Source: Blastocystis sp. Blastoise (lineage: Eukaryota > Protista > Bigyra: Opalinata). Taken from it: a stretch of DNA of 64,000 nt. Both the position numbers and the translations under genes were made by a program. This document shows, in pieces, positions 56,901 through 64,000 of the stretch; position 1 is the stretch's first letter, and the number at the start of each line of letters is the position of its first letter. The stretch is taken from the NCBI GenBank assembly GCA_039096225.1, contig JBBPEB010000003.1:62001-126000 (forward strand), in the 5' to 3' direction. The notes below the pieces were generated by a model, which saw only the letters and a list, made by a program, of their open reading frames with translations, did not search any database and was not told the DNA's origin.

Positions 56901-59900
56901 ATAAGGTATATATATAAACTTTTATTTTATTTATTTATTATTATATTTATTGTTATATTTTATTTATTATAATATATTTATTATAATATATTTATTATAA
57001 TATATTTATTAAAATATATTTATTATAATATATATACTTATATTATTTATTAAACATATTAATTATATATATAGTTGGGTATAAATGTATTGGATAATTC
57101 TCTATCGGATTCTTTAAAGCAATCTTTATCGTCTTTTTATTTACCTTCTTCTTATACTTCCTTCCTATATTTATTAAATACTCTATATAATAATAATACT
57201 AATCAAATTCTGAATATTATTAGCTCATTCTCAGATCAAGAAAAAAATGATTTTTATGAATTTATTATTTCTCTCGATACAAACTTACTTAACAATGTAT
57301 ATATATATTTATATAATTATAGTTTTATTTATTTATATTAGTATTCTTCAATGTTGAGTAATTTCTCTGTATATCCTACATATGGTCATAATTATACTTC
57401 TCTTAATTCTCTCTCTCTTCCTGATACGAATATACCTTATGATTGTCTTAATGGATATACTACAGTTGCTTTCTATAATAAGTATATTATTATTATTTAT
57501 TTATATTTATATTACTCTTTACTTATAATAATACTTATTCTCATTATAATACTATAGTTCTGAAGAATATTCAAAATTAAGATTATTAACCTATAATTAT
57601 TTATCTTTTGCTACTTATATTTCTGATTTATTCTTAAGAGATGTCAGTACTATGGACCCTCATAAGAGAAACACAATCATTAGTATTATCTATAAAAACT
57701 TTAATATTATTCAGTATATATATATTATATTTATTGTGTATTTTTTATTTTAAACCAAATATAATATTATTATTATTTTAACTCTTATACTATTAATAAT
57801 TTTTTTTCTAGAAATGATAATAATACTCTAATGAAATTACAGCAATCTTATTGGCTCCCTAATTCATCTAACCAATTATGTTGTCCAAAAACATTATATA
57901 ATCCTTATATAAAAGATCTTCAAAATATAGTACCAGATTTATATTTACCTTTAAATACATATTATTCTTTAGATGAAAATAGTTTAAATTCTATATATAA
58001 TTCTATTGGTATTAATCGAGTTATTCATAGAGATGGATATATTACTATATGTAGTTATTATATTAGTTTATATGGAAATTCACAAAATAATTCTATTTCA
58101 GAGACTATTAAAGATAAATTAACATCGTTATTACTCTATTTAGATAAAGAGAAAAGTCGATTATTACCTTCAAAACCTTCCTTTAACTATTATTATAGTA
58201 ATGATAATGAAAGTATATATATGGATAGTAATTCCTTCTTAACATCTATTCTTCAATTACCATTTATTATTCCTTTATCTACTTCTCCAATCTCTATTTT
58301 ACCGTGGAAATCCGTTACTATGAATCAAATGGTATGCTTAAATCAATGTGTAGATAGAGAAACTATGTGGTTTGCCTCTTTTGATCGATATATATGTAAT
58401 AATGAACATGTATATATTATATTTATGTAGTATTATTTAAGTTTTATTTTATTATTATTAATTATTATTATTAATTATTATATTAATTATTTATTATATT
58501 ATTATATTAATTATTATATTAATTATTTATTATATTATTATATTAATTATTATATTAGTTATTTATTATTATATTAGTTATTATAAATATTTATTACCAT
58601 TTATTATGTTATATTATTTATTATCTAGTTATCTAATGATTTCTTTGATTATTTACAAATATCAAAACAATTTTCAAATGATCATTTAGTGACTCAATTA
58701 CTTTATATATCTAATTTATATTGTCAATCTTCATCAATATCTATTGATATACAAACTAAATTAACTACTGTTTGCTTTAAAATATATCAACAAATATTTA
58801 ATGGAAGTCCACTGTCAGCAACTTCTGAAAATTACTTAAAAACTGAAAAATTAATTTTTATGAATAATATATTTATATCTATATCTCAATTATATTTACA
58901 ACCTTTAGAAGCTAATTATCCTAATATATATACTCTTTCTTCTTCTCTTTCTTGTTTCTATAATGCTTTCAAAACTCTTGGAGCTAAAGAAAAAATGGGA
59001 AAACAAGATTATATTTATGTATATAGAATTATTATTATTATTTTTATTTACGCATTTTTTATTTGCTTTTTTTTAATACATATTATATTTTTATTTCTAT
59101 TATTATATAATTAAAAGTATATATTTGTATTTATTATATTCTATCATTCTATAGATATTGAATTATTTACATACTGTTAATAAAACATCTCCTCTTCCTT
59201 CTGCTTCCTTAGATATAGCTATTACTATATGTCAAAAACTAACTGTATTTGATCTCACTAAAGAAGATTTTAATAAATTATTCCTACCTGCTCAAGATGG
59301 AGTATATATATTATTTTATTTTATTTATTTATTTTTATATTATATTATTATTTTTATAAATCATTATAAATCAATATAAATCTATCTATACAGACCCTTC
59401 AAAGTGTGTCTTCTCTCTCTTATATGGACAGTGACTGGGCCTCTAAAACACGTAATAAAACTCCTCCTTCTTCTCTTATACATAAGAATATCTCTTTAGA
59501 AGTATCAAAACATTTACATGTATTTAGTGTTCGTACAAAGAATTTAACGAAATCGAATTTAAAGTTTAAATCTCAAGGATTTGGTCAACATGAACCTCTA
59601 ACTCGACGTATTAAAGATATCTTAGATCAATATCCTGCTGGACCTACTATATTATATGAAATGATACAGAATGCAGATGATGCACATGCAGAACGTATAG
59701 AATTCTGTTTAGATTTAAATGATTATGGTACAGATTCTTTATTATCTCCTGAATTAGCTCTATGGCAGGGACCAGCATTATTAGTATATAATAGTGGTGT
59801 ATTCTCGGATCAAGATTTAAATGCTTTACAAGAAATAAGTTGTGGTCATAAAAAAGAGATAGTAGGAACAACAGGTCGATTTGGATTAGGTATTAATAGT

Positions 59901-60257
59901 GTATATCATATTACAGATGTGCCATTCCTGGTTACTCGTGATCGATTTATTATATTAGATCCTCATCAGAAATACGCACCTGTTGAAGGAGAACCGGGTC
60001 TTATGATTAAATTCCATGAACAAAGCTTAACTGAAGATTTTTCAGACCAAATCAGTCCATTCCAGTTCTTTGGATGTGATATACGACAAAATTTTAATGG
60101 AACACTATTCCGTTTCCCTCTTCGTAATCGAGAAGCTTTAGCAAGTAGTGATATTAGTAAGAAACCATTTGGTATTGATAATATATTAGAAGCGTTTGAA
60201 GTATTAAAGAGAAATATTAATCATTCATTAATTTTCGTATATATATATTTTTTATTT

Positions 60258-60300
<43 letters not shown>

Positions 60301-60866
60301 TTATTTATTTATTATTTATTTATTTAATAATGATTTATTCGATTTATAAAAAATAATAATTATTATAAATATATTTAATTCTATAAATAATATTATAGTT
60401 AAATCATATTAAACAAATAAATGTATCTATTATACCTCCTTCCTTTACTACTCCTTTGAATCTGTTTACCACGGTTATTCAGGAAAGATCATTAACAGAA
60501 TATAATTGGAAACGTCTTCGTGATATATATTATTCTAAAGATAATAAAGTTTCCAGAACTGAGTTTTTCAATTATTTAAAGCAATATCGTGGTAGAAATA
60601 TACCAAATCATATAGAGATGAAACAATTATTGACTTCTGTTAGTGATTTATTTATATATATACAGAATCATAAAGACGAGATTATTCGTCGAGGAAGATT
60701 ATCTATAGATAGTTCTGATATAATGAATAAAGTAACAAAGATCGTAGAGAAGAATAGTGTTGATTATTTAATATCTACATGTATGGGTGGAGATACTATA
60801 TTAGATATATGTACAGAAGAAAAAAATAATGAACTGAAATTAATTCCCGTTTGTGCTGTTGCTGTA

Positions 60867-60906
<40 letters not shown>

Positions 60907-63900
60907 TTTATTATTATATATTTTATTATTTATTTATATATCATTAGAATATAAATATTTAAAATTATAAATATATTTATATTAAAATTAAAACATGATA
61001 AATATTAATATAGGCTGTTCTTCATCATAATACTGCTGATGAATGGTATTTATCTTCTCCTTCTCCTTCTCTCTATTGTACACTACCTCTTCCTAATAAT
61101 CCTTTAAAAGATTCTATACATGTTGATATTAATGGTTTCTTTGAATTATCTAGTAATAGAAGAGATATATGGCAGGGAACAGATGTAGCAGGAAATAGTC
61201 AAGTGAAAATTGAATGGAATAATATTCTTCTTCATGAAGTCTTATCACGTGCTTTACTTGCTCTATTCGAATTCTCTACTGAATGCTATATACCTGATGA
61301 TAGCGGTTATGTTAATTATTGGAATTTACTTCCTTCGGTTGATTATGATTCTCCTTGGAAAGAATTTGTTAAAGGTGTTTATGAATATATTAGTGAATAT
61401 ACTGTATTTACTATAGAAAATGAATTAAAAGAATCGGATCCTCCATATTATCAAGGAAATCAAGTAGTTGTTTATAAAGAAGAAGATCATTATATATGTT
61501 CAGAAAAAGATCAAGAAGTATTATTACAATTACCTATGTATTTAATGAAAGAAGGAGTAAAGATATCCATGCCTATTTCTTCTATTGCTTCTTTAATTCG
61601 ACTTTATTCTTCTAAAATTGACTCGGTTATTCCTGAATATATATTAAGACATTATATGAGTCAAAGATTACCAAAGAAAATGTTACAAACAAATATTTAT
61701 AATAAAATATTATTACTATTCTTTAATGAATTTGAAAAAAGCCGTAATATTCAATTCTTAAATGGATTCCCTTTATATTTTATTAATGATAAATCAGTTG
61801 GTATATATTATTATTTATATATTATTATTTATATAATTATTATTTATATATTATTATTTATATATTATTATTTATATAATTATTATTTATATAATTATTA
61901 TTTATATATTATTATTTATTTAATTATTATTTATATATTATTATTTATATAATTATTATTTATATATTATTATTTATATAATTATTATTTATATAATTAT
62001 TATTTATATATTATTATTTATATATTATTATTTATATAATTATCTAAATTACTATTCTTGTCTATAAACTTATTTTTCTTCTATATCACTATATTCTTTA
62101 GAATGTGTAAATAAACATGAAAGTAAATTATATATTATGTGTCCTCAATATGAAGTTATATTTAAATCATTTTATACTACTGCAATTATTCAGAATGATC
62201 AATATTTATTGAATTTATTTGTTCCTACTTTATTACGTACACATAAGAATTCTTCGAATTCTTCGAATTCTGTTGATATTGATATTGATGATCCACGTTA
62301 TTCGAATCAACGAATCAATAGTTCTGTAATTATTGTTGATAAAGAAACAAATATTAGCACATATACATATATAGAAAAAGAACATTCAGAAAAAGAAAAT
62401 GAACAAGCTGTAGCCTTATTACAGAAAACTGATAAATTATATTATATTACTAAAGACTTATTCATACAATATCTTTCTATTATGTTAGATAACAAGTTTA
62501 TTGGTGACAAACAAATTTTATATAATAAAATAGCATGGTATCCAAAACCTTCAAGTGGAATGTCTATGCTAAGTTTTAAATTTCAGTTTGTTTCAGAAGT
62601 GTGGATTTCTACTTTATGGACACTTCTTGCTACATATGAAGATAAACAAATCTCTACTTTATTAAATAAATATCCTTTATTACCTATTTATGAAGGAACT
62701 ACAAGAGAACTTATTCAATATAGTAAAAGTACTTTTATTATTAATTATATTCAAAATGATAGTATACAATCTTTATTAGTTAAATGTGGTATATATCTAT
62801 TTGATATTAAAGCTTATACTAATAATAATACTGTTAATATAACAACCGATGGAACTTCTTCTTCTCCCTCTTTCCCTAAAGAATTCACGAAATATGTATA
62901 TATGCCTACAGGAAATTCAGTTATTTCACTTCTAAAAGCCTCATTAGATAAATATGCAAATCAAAAAGAAAAAGAGCCATCAATATTATTTTCGAATAGA
63001 ATTATACGAAAGGCAACAATGAGTGATTATTTCAAAGACTTGAATATAAGTGAAGAAAATATTGTACAATTACGTAAAGAATTAATTCCATTATTGAAAC
63101 AAGATATTAATAATATACAAAATAAAGAGATTATTTTATCTTTACCTATTTGGATGTTATATAATGATAGAAATAAGTATTCTTCTATCTCTATTAGTGA
63201 TAATTATATTCCTCCTCAACGAATTCCTGAACGATTATTAACAAATCGTTTTATTTCAGAAACAGATAATGATATTATAACCTTCTTAAAAGCTATTGGT
63301 ATACAAACACTTTCAGAAATTGATTATAATTGTAAATACCTTATTAAAGATATACTCACATTACAATCGGACGATTATAAATATGGTATTAATTATATAT
63401 GTAAGAATTATGATGAAATTAATCAGAATGGTTGTTCTTTGAGTGAAGCATTTCAAAAGAAGAATTTATTATTAAATAGGACAAATCAACGTGCTATTAA
63501 AAACAATCTAAAGAATTGTGAAGAGTTATATTATTGTGTATATAGATATATTTTTATTATTATATGTGTTTTTTTTAAATTATATATTATTATTATTATT
63601 ATTATTCATTATATAATAATAATCATATATATAATATATAGGAAGATGAGTTTATAAATAATTTAATACCTGATGAGATAGGATTAAATAAAGATTTATG
63701 TATACCAGAAACAATCAGAATATTAGATACTTTAGGTTTACATACAAAGTTAGATATTTCTATTATGTGTAAACTTATTCAAAGATTATTAACTGGAAAT
63801 AATTATAATAATATAAATTTAAAACAACTTGAACAATTATGGACTTATTTTGATGATCATTCAGATGATTATGCTCAAGAATTAATGAATACCAATGTGA

Positions 63901-64000
63901 ATACCTCTGACTTCCAACGAATTCGCTGGATTCCCGTGATTACTGAGTCTACTAATGAATTCATTCCTATTCAAATAGATATAAATCGATCCGATATAAT
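52895..64000 (+). CDS. SACS: Sacsin-like protein with at least two HSP90-like sacsin repeat regions, truncated by the window end
   Basis: Repeat 1: FSQRIDLVVKLRQILASYP...ELLQNADDSGA...QGPALLVYND...GKFGIGFNSVYHITD...TLFRLPLRT...FLPLP...PIHVNGYFDLSDNRR. Repeat 2: FGQHEPLTRRIKDILDQYP...EMIQNADDA...GRFGLGINSVYHITD...TLFRFPLR...INGFFELSSNRRDIW. Confidence 0.95.

Overview
Very AT-rich, intron-rich eukaryotic DNA. It is probably from a Blastocystis-like anaerobic stramenopile, inferred from a 30-nt intron, short GTATAT...TATAG introns and the gene content; this is not proven. Ordinary genes: TFIIH p44/SSL1, a coiled-coil FYVE protein, a GT31 galactosyltransferase, a ZIP/ZupT transporter, a ubiquitin-like+LRR protein, an Asn-rich protein, a long-chain acyl-CoA synthetase, a large secreted protein, a type II membrane protein and sacsin (runs off the right end). 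Many introns are filled with (AAT)n, (TATAA)n or (AT)n, which produce most of the spurious ORFs in the track. The apparently gene-free 8.2-26.7 kb interval is two nested CACTA-type elements with no transposase ORF. The outer is 8226-26714 (TSD TAA). The inner is 15824-25793 (perfect 14-bp TIR, TSD GGT) and is inserted in an exon of an outer-element transcript. Each element carries one 68-nt tRNA mimic (13551-13618 and 16841-16908). The two mimics have identical arm lengths, many compensatory substitutions and a linker-less four-way junction like vertebrate mascRNA. The elements also carry spliced, apparently non-coding transcripts, a 3.5-kb pyrimidine tract, a 244/488-bp satellite, 73-bp subterminal repeats and decayed captured UTP20 fragments. 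This transposon-borne tRNA-mimic module is the main candidate for an undescribed system.
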